This document shows positions 46,796-60,040 of a DNA stretch of 64,000 nucleotides, piece after piece. Made by a program: the position numbers and the translations under genes. Positions within the stretch are counted from its first letter, which is position 1. Each line of letters begins with the position of its first letter. Under the pieces are notes generated by a model. It worked only from the letters and a program-made list of their open reading frames with translations, did not search any database and had not been told where the DNA came from. The DNA comes from Eledone cirrhosa (Eukaryota). Location: contig CAXHJY010000724.1 in NCBI GenBank assembly GCA_964016885.1, positions 60,880 through 124,879 on the forward strand. Reading direction: 5' to 3'.

Positions 46796-46881
46796 TGTTT
46801 CTACTTTTGGCACAAGGCCAGCAATTATCCCAGTGTATTACTGGTACTCTATTTTATCGACCCCGTAAGGATGAAAGGCAA
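46796..46881 (-). mobile_element. SINE 3' half
   Basis: Matches 34178-34264. Confidence 0.85.
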
Positions 46882-46882
46882 T

Positions 46883-49800
46883 GGTTTCTTTATTGGCCAC
46901 AAGGGCTGCCACGAAGTAAAATATTAGAGACGACACAAAACAGTACAGGACGATACAATGTGGGTTTAGGTCGTGTAAATAGATTATAACAAGATAAAAA
47001 TCGGGAGAGAAATAAAAAAATGCATGCAACAACAATTCCCCAAAAAGATGGACACCTCCGAGCCCCACTCGTAGCGAAATCCACACAAAAAGACCACGGC
47101 CACCCTGACCACCAGGGCAAGCGCCCTCTCTCAGTTTTCTTACTCCTCAGTCTACAGGCACATACTCAGAGCGGACCCGTTCACTCGGTCAAGAAGTCGC
47201 CACTTTCATCCACCTTTCAACAAACTTACTAGAAGACAGCACTTGCCTCGCCACCCTGATTTACCTCTCCATGTGAAACTTGAAAAAGTTAATCAGGGAT
47301 TGGCCGAAGAGGAAAGTGTCCGTCTCCAACCCTTTCAACCTTGTCAACCACACAATCTCTTTCGCCATGGCCACCATGCAGATGAAAACTGCCTGTCCTT
47401 CCTCCTCTTTAAAGGAGGATGACGGGGATATCTGCACAATGGACTCAGTCGATAACCGGATCCGTCCAATACGCAACAGCAGCTGTTCGACATAGCTCCA
47501 CAAGTCAGCAATCCTCGAGCACTGAACCAGTGCGCGCAGGACGGTTCCGTCGCCCTGCGCGCATCTCGAACAGGCTCGGCTGACAGCACCTCCGTGCCTG
47601 TAGAGCTTATCCCGAACCGGCAACGCTACCCGATTGCACTGCCAGGCCAGGGACTTCTGGAAGTTGTCCATAGGCGTCTAGTAAACGGCGACCACAACTG
47701 TTCACCGTCAAGGAAGCACGAGAGATGTCGCAGTCTCAGCACATATTTGCGCATCATCAGCCACGGCATGCCTAGTCCTGCACGCAACGGGTATGGACAG
47801 CAAATGGATTGTCTGACCATAGGAGCACGTCCCTTCCACAGAAGCCGGAAGAGAAGGGGCTCCATTTTGTTCAGAGAAGGGCGGGGGCAAGGTACAACGG
47901 TCAGGCGGTAGCTGATGACGGACGCTATGTACGCATTCGCCAACTCCGCGCGACCTTTCAGAGACAGCCTCCTCTCGGCCCATTTCTGAGTGAGAGAGGC
48001 CACCCTGCTAGTCACCTCTTCCACTCTGTCTCCATCTGGAGCAATGTAACCGGTTCCCGAGCAATGTAAGCGGTTCCCGAGCAACGTAACCAGTTCTTCC
48101 GTCCAGCGCCCCACGATGTTGTCGGACGGCTTGGACTTGCCTCTCCAGGTGCCGAGTGGCAAGCCCACCGACTTTTCCAGGTTTACCTTAGCTCCTGTCA
48201 CCGCTTCGTATTCCTTGAGAGCGGTTCCGAGCATGTGGACGTGTTTGATGCTCGACACCCCACGGTGACGTCTTCGGTATGAGCTTACACGGATCTCTCG
48301 CATCCCAATTCACGTGGGGCCCATTTATCGTCACCTCAGTGTGCAGTAACTGCTCGGGACCAGTACGTAGGTGAGGGACTAGAGGGGGAAACCCAGCAGG
48401 ACCGAGCGCATGACGCTTAAAGTCTGCGACAGGTGTTCATTCACCCTCACAATCGACCAGATGTTGCAGTGCCTCACAGCGATCCAAACCTTAAAAACAG
48501 GCCCGAATCCGGCTGCCCCGAGGGCCGCAGCCAGGTACCGATAATCGAACCTATCAAATGTGTTATTTGATCCAAGTTGATAAGGGCTCCACACGTGCCA
48601 GGTTCCTTAACCACCCTCTCTATGATGTATCGCATGAAATGGGGGTTGTCCTGGATGGATCTGTCCTGAATTGAGCATGTGTGTGACTCTCCCACCAGAT
48701 CCCCGACGACAAGCGCCAATCTCTTTGCTAACACCTTGGACAAAATCTTAAACTCTGCGTCTAAAACGTCACCCTTGTTCTGGTCTTTTCTCAGCAGCGC
48801 CACCACTCCCCGGCTCACAACATTGGGAATGCTCCCGTTCTACTGCCAGTTGCAGTAGACATCTGCCAAGAAGTCGTCGAACAAGTCTGGCATATACGCA
48901 TAAAGCTCGTAGTGCAGACCCTCCAAACCTCGCAATTTGTCCCTCATGCAGTGAGACATCGCTTCCCGTATTTCACCTGCTGTTATCTGCTTTTCGCATC
49001 ACTGCTCTGCAGTCGATGAGAGCCGCGGAAGTCCATCGAGGTATGCGCCGAATTCCATACTCCGATCCGGCCTGTCGCCACTCCCGATAATTGAGCAAAT
49101 TGCTGTTGAAAAGCCCCACATATCTTGTCGGGTTCGAGCAACATGCGCTTGTTTTGATCAGGCAAAGACAGTATTGTGGACGTGTTTCCACGTCGCGCCT
49201 CCACCGCCTGGCCCATTGAACGGCTTTCGTCCCCTCATGTCTTAGAGCACGTGCTCTAGCTCTGACTTCATGTTTTGCGTTGAAGAATTGTCGTGTGCCA
49301 ATCTCGACGCAAGCACGTCGGTTGCGATGCCTGTCCTATATGCCTCTTCTATCTCTCTAACTAGCCTCCCTCTACTCTATTTTCCTTTATCACTACTCCT
49401 TTGCTAAACCTTATCGATTCTACTCTAATAGCCCATTTCAGAGTAAACCACAACATGTTGACGATCACAACCGTCAACGCACGCTTAACTAATTCGCTAA
49501 CCCGGTCCTCGTAAGCTTTGCGCACCGGGGAACGACGCGTTCAGCTTCCAGTAACCGGGGTTTTGCCTATCGAGTCAACTTCACAGATCCCAAATTTCTG
49601 GTCCGTGTAGTCGACTACTTTAAATTGTGGACAACCTACACTAGCCTTATCTGTTTCCCTACAGAATACCTTATCTAAATGCGATCTCTATGACACGATG
49701 CGGTTTATCCACATGGCTCATTCGGATAATCCAGTATATACATGTCCGACAGCATGTTTTTACACCCTCCTTCCCTGTCAACTAGCCCCACATAATCCCA

Positions 49801-50570
49801 GCATGCATCTAAGATACCGTTCCAATCGCCCACTAACACTAACAAGCGCAAGGTTCCAAGAAAGGTCTCTAGACGTCTGAAGAAATCTGGCCGTCCTGCC
49901 CCTGTTGGGGCGTAGACGGCTACTGGCCTGAAACCATTGCCTTCGCTGCCGGTCACGTCCAGCACCACCGGCTTACCTTCTGGGTCCAGGAAGATGGCCC
50001 ATATGGCAAGATCCAAGCCTCTCCGAAAAATCACGGCAAATCCCCCCCCCCCCCGATCCTGGACGGCTGGGAGATGCGTATACATCGTAGCCACCGAAGA
50101 TTGGTGGGAAATCTCGCCCTTCGGAGATTCTGGTATCGCTGATGGTTACAAAATCTATGTTTAGTGTCCTGAGGTTATTGAGCAGCTGACCCTACTTCCA
50201 AGATGACCTCAAGAAACGTATATTTATACTGCCTATAAGCATGGAAGGAAGGCACCCAAAGTGCTATCTCTGGGGTAAAATGGTCATCTCAGGGCCTAAG
50301 TACGGCTATGTTGGATGAGAAACGGGGTAGGTGAGAAAGGATCACTTACCTTGTTCGTGTGGTGAAGGAACTATAGAACCGTCCCTTTGGATGGCCATGG
50401 GTGTTTCCAAGAGGATGTCGGTGTATATCCTCCTGGCAACCGACCCTCTGAGGTCTCCAACTGCGTTGGGGAATTTTTCTTTTAAAAGTGTGTAATGTTC
50501 TATTTTGATTTCAATGATGTTTATGTTTTTCGGGAGAGTTCTTCGTGTTGGTGTCGTGTAGTACAAAACT
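46883..50570 (-). mobile_element. Tx1-clade element (copy 4); older, 5'-truncated within ORF1, internal deletion near 47672
   Basis: ORF1 C-terminus at 50342-50566, APE GDWN, RT fragments, 3' UTR with AATAAA. Confidence 0.9.
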
Positions 50571-52809
50571 GTATCTCACTAGGATAGTATTTTGACATTC
50601 AGGTTTTATCCACTCAATAGGCTTTCAAATGTTCCCATCTAATAGTTGTCACTCATAACACATGAATCCACCCCGGGCCATATCAATAGATACTTACCCT
50701 AGATGCAGCCATCTATGTACAAATTGAACTGTTTGAAGTTAAGTGAATATGAAATACGTGTGTGTTTTTTTCGGATGTGTTTACCTCTCCTGGAATTTAA
50801 TCTTGGTCAAACTTGTTTGTATAACATGCTTTGCTTTTCGAAGATAATCGGCTGGCAACATAGACAGGGCGTGTTGCTTAACTCAAAAGTAAAACATATA
50901 TATTGCAACTTAAAACCTCCTTTATTGGTCAGTGATTATGATTATGATGATGCAAATTTAGTATAATTCTGCCTGTCGTTAAAACCGGGGCCCATAACGC
51001 TTGAACAGAAGCAGCATTAATAACCATAGCCATGTTTTACTTTCCCTGGAGTTTACACCTGAAGGAACTACTATATTAGTATAACTTTATGTTTAATATT
51101 TTTAATATTTCCTCATGTTGCGTTAAGTTTCGATATTAGTATGTATGGACTCGTAAGTCCTGACATATGGCGTTTCTTGGACATCCTGACAAAGTAATAC
51201 CCCATCCATGTCTGAAGACAGCAGATGTCTTTTAGAGGAAGATAGAAAGTGTGGAAAAAGAAGTGAGAAATAAATACAGGGTAATAATCGACCCAACTCG
51301 CGCTTTTTATCGACCTCTAAAATACGAAAGGCAATGTGTACCCTGAGAGCAGAGAGCCGAAACGAATACCGCAAAGCATTATATCCGTCTATTTTACATT
51401 AAAGGAAACACACTGTAGCTAATAGTTTATAGCTTTGCCCAGCACTAACAACCTAACCTATACAATGTTATATGTTTCCGAGAGGACCATGTACTCCATG
51501 TGAGTGATTAATTAAATTTTCTTGATCAATCACAAAATTTGACAAGTAATGTATAGAAAGTGCTTGTTGCTCTTACAGAGCTCCTATTGTTTTGAGAATG
51601 CCATGATCAGTTATTATTTCATTTCCTCTTCCATGTTTCCATGAATTTCTTTGTCTTGCATATAAGTACACCGCCATATATGGTTCAGCATGTCTTGCAT
51701 AAGAGTGGATTGCCTCTTAAGTTTTCAATACCAAACATAAAATGCCGAAACTTGGAATTCGTCAAACAGAACAGACATTGAGGGTCAGAATTTCTTAGTA
51801 AAATACTATTTCCAGGTCATGTCAAATGATCGTTCTACTACGAGACATCATTTTGGTCCTTTGTTTCACATCCATTAAATTTTTGGAAAAAATAGCACCC
51901 CTATTAATAATGCATTTTCATCCATATCAGGTTTCATGGATCCTTGCTGTCGTAATCCCCTGAAACGCTAGCAATAATTGATGCTCTTATTGATCTTATA
52001 TCATATTTTTTAAAGTAATATTTTTATGTTATCTTCATTTCTGTTATCAACGAAAAAAATATTGGCGCCTGTGTTATTATTCATATTGTTAAATTTAGGA
52101 GCTAGAATCTTTATTTGTTCTTTATATTTTTAAAGTTTTTAAAAACGTTATTTTTCCAATAACTAACCATAATAGAAATTGTTAATTTTATATGTTGGGG
52201 GCATTTTGCTTTAATTCCTAAAGGCCGTCACAATAATTGTGAGAATCCACCACTGAATATGTCATGTTTGAATTATTTTTTAGATATCTTCCCGGCGAAA
52301 TATTCAATAAATCAATAAAGCCAAAATTAACGTATTCTATCCGCAAGCGGGTAAGAAAACACGAAATTACACAAACACTTCCGTTTAACATTTTAGAACA
52401 AATGCAAAAATAGAAAACACCCACTCGAATCGCAAATGAATGTAACTCCAGGGGAAGAAAAACATATTTTGAATGAGCAATCCAAAACAATGATAATGAT
52501 TTCTAATTCACGTACAACGCCAGAATTATGGTGAAAGGCGTTAATTGAGCAATATGACGCCAATATTTTACTGATATTTTACACCTCGAGCCTGGAAGTA
52601 CAAAACAAATGTTGACCACAGTAGGATTTGAACGCACAAGATTCGTAACCTTATACTACAAAACATTTTGTTCGTTGTCCAAATGCGTTTTTTAATGCAC
52701 TATTATTTTCAGGGTGAATAAATTTGTTTTTCCTCACCTTCATGGGAGATGGGCTCCCTTATGCATTTTTAATTACTTTCTTTTCGGATTGATATATCTT
52801 AGATTTTTG

Positions 52810-53320
52810 TAGCCACGAATATTACCAGCCACTCACCTCGAAATGAAATTATTGTAAACACGATATGTCAGACACGTACAACATACGTATAAATAAAAAA
52901 GAGAATATTATACTAAAAAACAATGTCCCTTCTTTAGGGAGAAAGCCGTCAGATTTTGGGTGAGAGATAAATTTATCAAATCTACCCTACTTCTTGAGTG
53001 ATACTTTATATTATCATCATTTGGGGGATGAAATACAAAATTAACCTCGGTGAGATTTGAAATCAGACTTGAAAGACACGGAAAAAGGGCAATAAATAAT
53101 TTATGTCTACGCCTTAAAGATGCTGTGAATACTCCACCCTTAGTACGCTTCATAATGGTGACGTATATGAAAGAAAATAGTCGTTTATTTTTTGGTTATA
53201 ACATGTTGATCTTGGAGCATTATATTCTCTTTTCTATTTAAATGTATGTTGTATGTGTCTCACATATCGTGTTTACAATAATTTCCTCTCGAGTTGAGTG
53301 GCTGGTAATATTCATGGCTA
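52810..53320. mobile_element. MITE-like element with about 105-bp imperfect TIRs
   Basis: Segment 52810-52914 (TAGCCACGAATATTACCAGCCACTCA..) is the reverse complement of about 53216-53320. No coding capacity. Confidence 0.7.
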
Positions 53321-53857
53321 TTTTTCTAAATGTTTTCTAATTTTCGCACAATGCCATCACTTTTGAGACGATGAGAAAGTTGGTATCAGCCACCGTCTTT
53401 GAGTAGTACTTTATTGTATTGATGTCTGGAGAATGAATAGTAAAGTTGAATGCGACGGGATTTGAAATCAGAACGCAAATCTGTGTTACTATATGCCGAA
53501 AATTATTTCGTTTTATGTTCTAATGGTTCTGCCATAAAATAGTACTAGTAAGAGGAGGAGGGGGAGACTGAAAATGGGGAGAGCAAGAAAAAGAGACACG
53601 GTATTGTCCTTTGTTTAAATGCTGAAACTAGCAACATTGTAAAAAGGCTAAAAACAAGTTTTTTGGCGGAGGGCCATAGTAGATTAGGATAACGCACCCA
53701 TAATTTGACTGCCATTATTCCATTGTCATGGAAGGATGAAATATAAAACGATCTGGCGGGTATTGAACTACGAACTTAAACGGAATTAACTAAATACCGT
53801 GTAGTGGTTTTGTTTAACATTGTATGCAATTTCTCATCAATCAATCTAAAAAGTAAT

Positions 53858-54110
53858 TATGATCATAGGTGCCATGGGAATGTTTACAATAATACACGGA
53901 AACACATAAGCAAATTCCCAAGACTACTATTCACTGCACACATATTTTAAAGTTTCTGTTCAATGAAATAAAAATAAATATAAAAGAAAAAATAAACCAA
54001 AACAAAAAACTACACTTACCCAAGGCAAACACAGCTGCCTTGACTTTATACAGACTGCACACAATAACACATATGACTACTTAATAAGCACAAACCAACA
54101 ATAACAAAAA
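53858..54110 (+). mobile_element. Decayed 3' end of an R4/Dong-like LINE
   Basis: IIGAMGM..KHISKFP..TAHIL resembles VVGALGMI..YISQIPG..TAHIL in the ORF ending at 14569. Confidence 0.55.
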
Positions 54111-54431
54111 GGAAAATCTAGCATAGGCACAAGGCCAGCAATTTGAGGGACGTTAAAATTCGATTACATCGATGAAAGTACATGAGTGGTACTTCATATT
54201 TTGTCGAGTTCAGAAATATTTGTAATAACAATAATCATTTTCTTTTTAATTTAACTAAAAATAGATAACGGAAATGTCAGACACTAAATTACACACAATT
54301 ATGAACATGTACACATGTAAACAAATATTGACCAAGCCCAATGCAATATATATATATATTCAAATATATTATATATAAACAATTACATAGTTATCGATAT
54401 ATATGACTCGTACAGACAAAACCAATATAAC

Positions 54432-54490
<59 letters not shown>

Positions 54491-54873
54491 AGTGTGTGTG
54501 TGTGCGTGTGCGTGTGCGTGTGCGTGTGTGTGTATTAATGAGTCTGTGGGGACAATAATGATAACAGTACCCGTTGAATTTGTGGAGTTTAGGTTTACTG
54601 AGTGTATAAAAATCATAAGAATTTGGGAAATGTAGGTCTTGATAAATTTATGATTTACACAAGAGAAAAAATATAGTTTATGCTGATTAATGAATGCATA
54701 TGGAAAATATTAAAGCTAAAATGATACTTTAATCACTTACTTCTAGGACACAAATAAATATTCTGAATATATAGAGGATTAAATGTTGTGTTAGAGTACG
54801 GGAGCTTGTGAACGTGAAGTGAAATTCTGAATTAGTGAAATGACTGATATAGGAATTGCATTGCAGTGTATAT

Positions 54874-55618
54874 TGCTCGCACCAACCTGAGGTATATGGC
54901 CTTTAATGCGACGAAATGCCTACGACGGTTGGAAGGCCACTGATGAGGACAAACCTTTTCATATGTAACCCATTTGCAGCGCCGCAGCTCCATTATTATC
55001 ATATTTACACATATATTTTTTCCTCCGCTGCCACCAGTCTGTTTCGTTCTTTGTGTCTTTACCCTTTCTAGCAGTCTCTCTCTCTCTGTTAGCCTCTTCC
55101 TCACCTTTCACTCACTCACTCTATGTCACTACCTCTCCTCCTCCCCTTTCTTCCCGTTTGACCTGTCCGTAATCCTTTACTCGCGGGCACTTGGCCAAGC
55201 CGGTATGAATTTTCTTTCTCTCTCTCTCGTCTGCGACTTCACAGAACTTATGTTTACCGAATTCGCAGACCAGACCCCTTCTTCCCCCCGTTAGACCTGT
55301 GCGAAATTCCTTCCTTGCTCACATTTCAACCAGGTTTGATGGTCTTTATTCTCTCGTTCACGATTCCACCGAATTTATATTCATAGAAATCTGGGACATG
55401 TTTCTTCTTCATCACTTTCTGTTGCTTAAACCATTTTGTTTGTTTACCCTAGAGTCCCCCTTATTTACGTGTCCCAACGACTTTTTTTAGCCGTTGCTCG
55501 CACCAACCTGAGGTATATGGCCTTTAATGCGACGAAATGCCTACGACGGTTGGAAGGCCACTGATGAGGACAAACGTTTTCATATGTACCCCATTTGCAG
55601 CGCCGCAGCTCCATTATT

Positions 55619-55622
<4 letters not shown>
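54874..55622. mobile_element. 749-bp non-coding element with 128-bp direct terminal repeats (TG..CA); TRIM/retrozyme-like
   Basis: Repeats at 54874-55001 and 55495-55622 differ at 2 positions. Possible 5-bp TSD TATAT. Confidence 0.7.
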
Positions 55623-55693
<71 letters not shown>

Positions 55694-55734
55694 GTGTGTA
55701 TGCGGATAAATATATATAAATATACAGTAAAATG

Positions 55735-55890
55735 ATATTGGTTTGCCAGAATAGTTAGTGCACTGGACAAAATATTTGGCAGCTTTTAGGTCAAATCTCG
55801 CCAACGACATCTTTGCCTCTCCTTTGTCAGGTGTCGATATAGTTGGATTTCCCTTCCCCCAAATTATCGAACCTGTACCTAAATCAGTCT
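55735..55890 (+). mobile_element. Degenerate SINE
   Basis: GGTCAAATCTCGCC..CTTTGCCT..GTCGAT..CCCCCAAATT..CCTGTACCTAAA in SINE order. Confidence 0.5.
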
Positions 55891-56863
55891 GCACGCATTC
55901 TACTCGATGCTAGCGCTTCCACATTAAAACCAATAACAAATATCAGACTGTCTTCGGTTAGAATGTATCATGATTATATGCCGTGAATCGTTAAAAGGTT
56001 CGACAAAACGACTTTCGTTTTATATGCCCAGTCACCGCGCACTATGTTCGAAACCCAACGGTAAGTAACGGAACATTCCAGGGAGGTGAATGTGTGTTAT
56101 TTTTAGACTGTTTATAGGTACAGTGGTATTCTTTTACGTACCTTGAATTCTGAGGTAAAATCCCGTTGTCGCTTAAATAAGTTACATGGCTCCATGAATT
56201 TACACTTCGATGAAATCTCGGGCAATTTATATTTAACTTAATTTCGGGTCGGGCCAAGCATTATGCAGAGCTAGAAACTGATTTCAAGATTGTCTGAGCG
56301 GCTGTACGGGTAATTCAATGTGCCACCAATGTCACCCATTCCTCCATACTGAATTACACAAAGAATTACGTTAAAACTAACCGAATATGTCACTTATATT
56401 TAATTTCATAGGCAAACCGCTCCATTCCATCCCGTTTCATTTTCTAAAAATAGCCTGGAAATTATTATTATTATGAAATGGAAAAGAATGAAAACAAATT
56501 ACAAGGCAAGTCAACGGATTTGATGTTTACTGCAATGTTCTATTAGAGAAAATGACAGGACAACATAATAGATTCTGTTTCGTTCTACTGTGATAGCTTC
56601 CTGAAATTAGCTCTGTTAATATTTTCTAATTTCGTAAAACTGAATATTTGAATTCTAACTTAGATTTAATGCCCGATGAACCCCTGATAGTAACAGTAAA
56701 CTCAACCTCTCTAAACTATTATTTATGTTGTAAGTGGTGTGGTACTGGCTATTATATACTGAGGTTAATCGGCATTGGCAAAACAGAATAACCCGACGGA
56801 ATCCTCTAACACACGGTAAGGTAAAGTCATACTGAATTTCGATTTAAATGCATATTATACACA

Positions 56864-56962
<99 letters not shown>

Positions 56963-57246
56963 ACTAGAAATTGATTGACATATATTATTTAAAATAAACA
57001 CATGAAACAATCGCAGTGGATAATTTGTAAAGTGCGTAATCACACATAGTTATGTAGGTAACTAATTAAAGTTTAACTAGAGCTTCAATTATTCCCTTTT
57101 AAAACATGATTAATCCTCCTTGATCTTCACAATTTCTAGTTGATATAAAATGCTCGGATCTATTCATTGGAATCTTTGAGCTTATTCTACGGTGGATATG
57201 GCGCATGACTCGGACATGACTCCCTTAATTTAATTTAACTAAACTA

Positions 57247-57285
<39 letters not shown>

Positions 57286-57287
<2 letters not shown>

Positions 57288-57906
57288 TCTCTTAGATAAG
57301 AACTTCCCCATTGGTCATAAATACCGCTCCATCTTTAACAGACACAGGGTGAAACTAGGATATTCCTGTGCTAGGGATATGGAGGCCCACATCACCGAGA
57401 GTCCTGAGAGCAGAACTCCACAGGATGCCGAAGGCCTGGAGCTTGTCCCCTTCTACAACAATGTAACTCGCCCGCTGTAATCTACGATGTGATGGGCAAT
57501 TCTAACCGAGCAAATCCTATGTAGGTGTGTTTGACGGCCGGAGTAAAGAGCGCTTTCTGAATCATCTGTGGAATTTCAGATACCCGGACAAACGATCTTT
57601 CACAAAGCTCGCGAGCCACACATAGTCCCTGAAGGATGCAGGTGTGGATTGGTTCAATGGAAAGTTATTACTAAGTCTGAACCATATGGAAATGGGAATC
57701 CGTCTTGTAGGTTGTGCATTAAAGAAAGAATAAATATACTGAGGCTGTTGAGTAATAGCGCTTGTCTAATTACAATTAGAGTAATAGCGCTTGTCTATTC
57801 TGCACAATTGTTTTCCTTTTCCGTACAATCTAATTCAAACCGAGCTGATGATCCAACTAAGTTGAAACAATTGTTCTCAGAAATAGTGAATTAGCTGTTT
57901 AGGAAC

Positions 57907-57907
<1 letters not shown>
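57286..57907 (+). mobile_element. Penelope-like element 3' fragment (linker + GIY-YIG remnant + HHR)
   Basis: LLDKNFPIGHKYRSIFNRHRVKLGYSC and QWKVI..PY.NG..CRLCIKE are homologous to the 19767-21111 ORF. Confidence 0.85.
57830..57894 (+). ncRNA. Minimal type I hammerhead ribozyme motif
   Basis: GAG-CUGAUGA (57845-57851)-UCCAAC UAA GUU-GAAA-CAAUUG (palindrome)-UU-CUC. Distal stem I CUAAUUCA/UGAAUUAG. Confidence 0.78.
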
Positions 57908-57991
<84 letters not shown>

Positions 57992-58209
57992 ATCTATCTA
58001 TCTATCTTGATAGAGTAAGACACGCTTCGCATCGGCTCCGCTATTCCATCGGGATTTACCCTTACTATTGTAAGTACCGGATAAATTTTTTAGTGCAACA
58101 CATTTGGAACACTAACCCCTGTTATTTAGGGAAACATTTTTGCATTTACCCCCTTTTTAGGGGGTAAAATAAATATCTATTTTTGCCGAAAAATTTCTTT
58201 CTTGGCAGC

Positions 58210-59841
58210 ATGGCGGAAAAGATGGCAGACATGTCTGCCATTAGCTCTGCCACGCCCCCCAAGTCTGAAGAACAAAAAATAATTACAACAAAATTAGACA
58301 TTGAAACAAACAAACAAAATGAAAAAACAAATGTTAAGGAAAATGAGCAAACAGAAAACAAACAAACAGAAAATAATACAAATAACGACAGGGCAACTTT
58401 CGCCCAGAAAACAAAGCAATCCATTACATACACACCAATTGACCTAACTGCCGCCAGAGAAAAACTGGCCGAAGCAAAGAAACATATTGTTTTGGGGGAG
58501 AACGGAATGTTTTCCATTAACTCCCCCCCAGAATTCAAGAAAGCCAGAGCAGAAAACACAGTTATATACAGAACTATACTGAACCAGACAAGAAAGCCAG
58601 CACAGCCCAGCCAAATGGAAATAGAGTTAGTCCTAAAAGACTATATGAAGAATATTCTCTTCATACGAAAGGACCGACTCTATGGCAGCATTTCGGTCCT
58701 AACAAGAGACAAAGAAACGGCGGAGAAGCTTTCCCTAAGCCCACTCTCGTCGACAACATATAGCTTCTATCCCTCCTACATGGGTAGAAGAACACAGAGA
58801 GTAAAAGTAAAAACAATGCTGCCCACAATGGACTTCTGGTGGGCTATTGCTGGCTTCATTGATATGGGCGAAGACACTATGCTGTCAATGGGGAAGGCAA
58901 CTGGAGATGCGTTCCTGGGAATGGGCCTCGACATACTAGTCCAAATGAGGCCCGAAAGAATAGCACAAATCCCGGATCGCATCTGGCTGGATGACCTTAC
59001 CCCAATAGACATAATTGTAGAGGGGAGAAGACCAGCATGCCATTTATGCATGGAAAGGGGACACGTTAAGGCTAACTGCCCGAAACGTATCCCCCAAAAA
59101 GGACTATTGCCCACACCCACCACAAACAGTACACCAGCACCACCCACCTCCAAAAATACACTAATACCACACACAGCAAACAAAATACAGACACCACCAA
59201 CCACAAACACAACACAAACATCACCACCACCAGCACCAAACACAAGCACGACACAAAAATCACCACCACCAACCACAACACAAACATCACCACCACCATC
59301 ACCAACCACAAGCACGACACAAACATTACCACCACCACCACCACAAAACCCATTCCAAACAAATAATAAAAAAAACAGTAACAAATCTACCCCTCCCGCA
59401 AAAAAAAAACAACCACACAACACGTCCCTCCCACCTAGCGCTGAAGAGTTTCCCCCAACTTCTGAAGAAGAAGGAGGAGAAGCCTTCAGACAAGTTAAAA
59501 GAAAAAAAAGAAAACACACACCCAGCACACCACAAATAACCCACACACAAACACCAACTCCAATCAAAAACACCCCACCCTCAACAAACAAAAATAAATC
59601 TGCGCCTCCCCTCTCCGAAACATTGACAGCATCACAAAAAAAGACGTTGCAATACACATATATAAATAAAGAAAACAAAAAACTGGTTAAATTAATAAAC
59701 AATAACCCTATGGTGCAGACCGAAGGGCCAAACTTTATCTCAACAGAGAACTTCACCCATTTAAAAATGATAAAGGTCCCTCTGGACCTTTATCGTTCCT
59801 TAAAAGAACAATTTAGACGGGACGTGAGCCCCCCTGTTTAA
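58210..59841 (+). CDS. Tx1 ORF1, gag-like nucleic-acid-binding protein; probably extends to 60044 across a C-homopolymer frameshift
   Basis: CCHC zinc knuckle CHLCMERGHVKANC and a Pro/Thr-rich linker. The downstream frame PLNRVLLKDF aligns with SLNRRVYSDI of copy 1. Confidence 0.88.
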   Translation: MAEKMADMSAISSATPPKSEEQKIITTKLDIETNKQNEKTNVKENEQTENKQTENNTNNDRATFAQKTKQSITYTPIDLTAAREKLAEAKKHIVLGENGMFSINSPPEFKKARAENTVIYRTILNQTRKPAQPSQMEIELVLKDYMKNILFIRKDRLYGSISVLTRDKETAEKLSLSPLSSTTYSFYPSYMGRRTQRVKVKTMLPTMDFWWAIAGFIDMGEDTMLSMGKATGDAFLGMGLDILVQMRPERIAQIPDRIWLDDLTPIDIIVEGRRPACHLCMERGHVKANCPKRIPQKGLLPTPTTNSTPAPPTSKNTLIPHTANKIQTPPTTNTTQTSPPPAPNTSTTQKSPPPTTTQTSPPPSPTTSTTQTLPPPPPQNPFQTNNKKNSNKSTPPAKKKQPHNTSLPPSAEEFPPTSEEEGGEAFRQVKRKKRKHTPSTPQITHTQTPTPIKNTPPSTNKNKSAPPLSETLTASQKKTLQYTYINKENKKLVKLINNNPMVQTEGPNFISTENFTHLKMIKVPLDLYRSLKEQFRRDVSPPV

Positions 59842-60040
59842 AACCGTTGAATCGCGTCCTCTTGAAAGATTTCCCCATAACCGCCCCTCTCCCTGACACA
59901 ACTCCAAATACCCCAACCCCACCACACACGTGTACCCCCACACCACCACAAAACATCCCTCCACCCAACACACCTGATGCCATGGAAATTACGCAACCCG
60001 GAGAGGTAAGTGCTTTTCTTTCTTCACTTTCAACACCAAA

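Larger units (their letters stand above)
51270..54210 (-). mobile_element. Several old degenerate SINE copies (about 51270-51390, 52510-52690, 53340-53535, 53655-53820, 54120-54210)
   Basis: Recurrent CACAAGGCCAGCAATT / TTTATCGAC / GGATGAAA / ATTTGAAC-like motifs in SINE order. Confidence 0.6.

Noticed and set aside
51123-51233. Pyrimidine tract + AG followed by a short open frame on the minus strand (possible terminal exon)
   Set aside because: No homology recognisable, and it is inconsistent with the other candidate exons
58776-59756. 326-aa antisense ORF in Tx1 ORF1, and similar Val/Gly/Leu-rich antisense ORFs at 5418-5697, 6619-6969 and 40982-41317
   Set aside because: By-product of the A/C-rich sense strand, which lacks antisense stop codons; no recognisable domain
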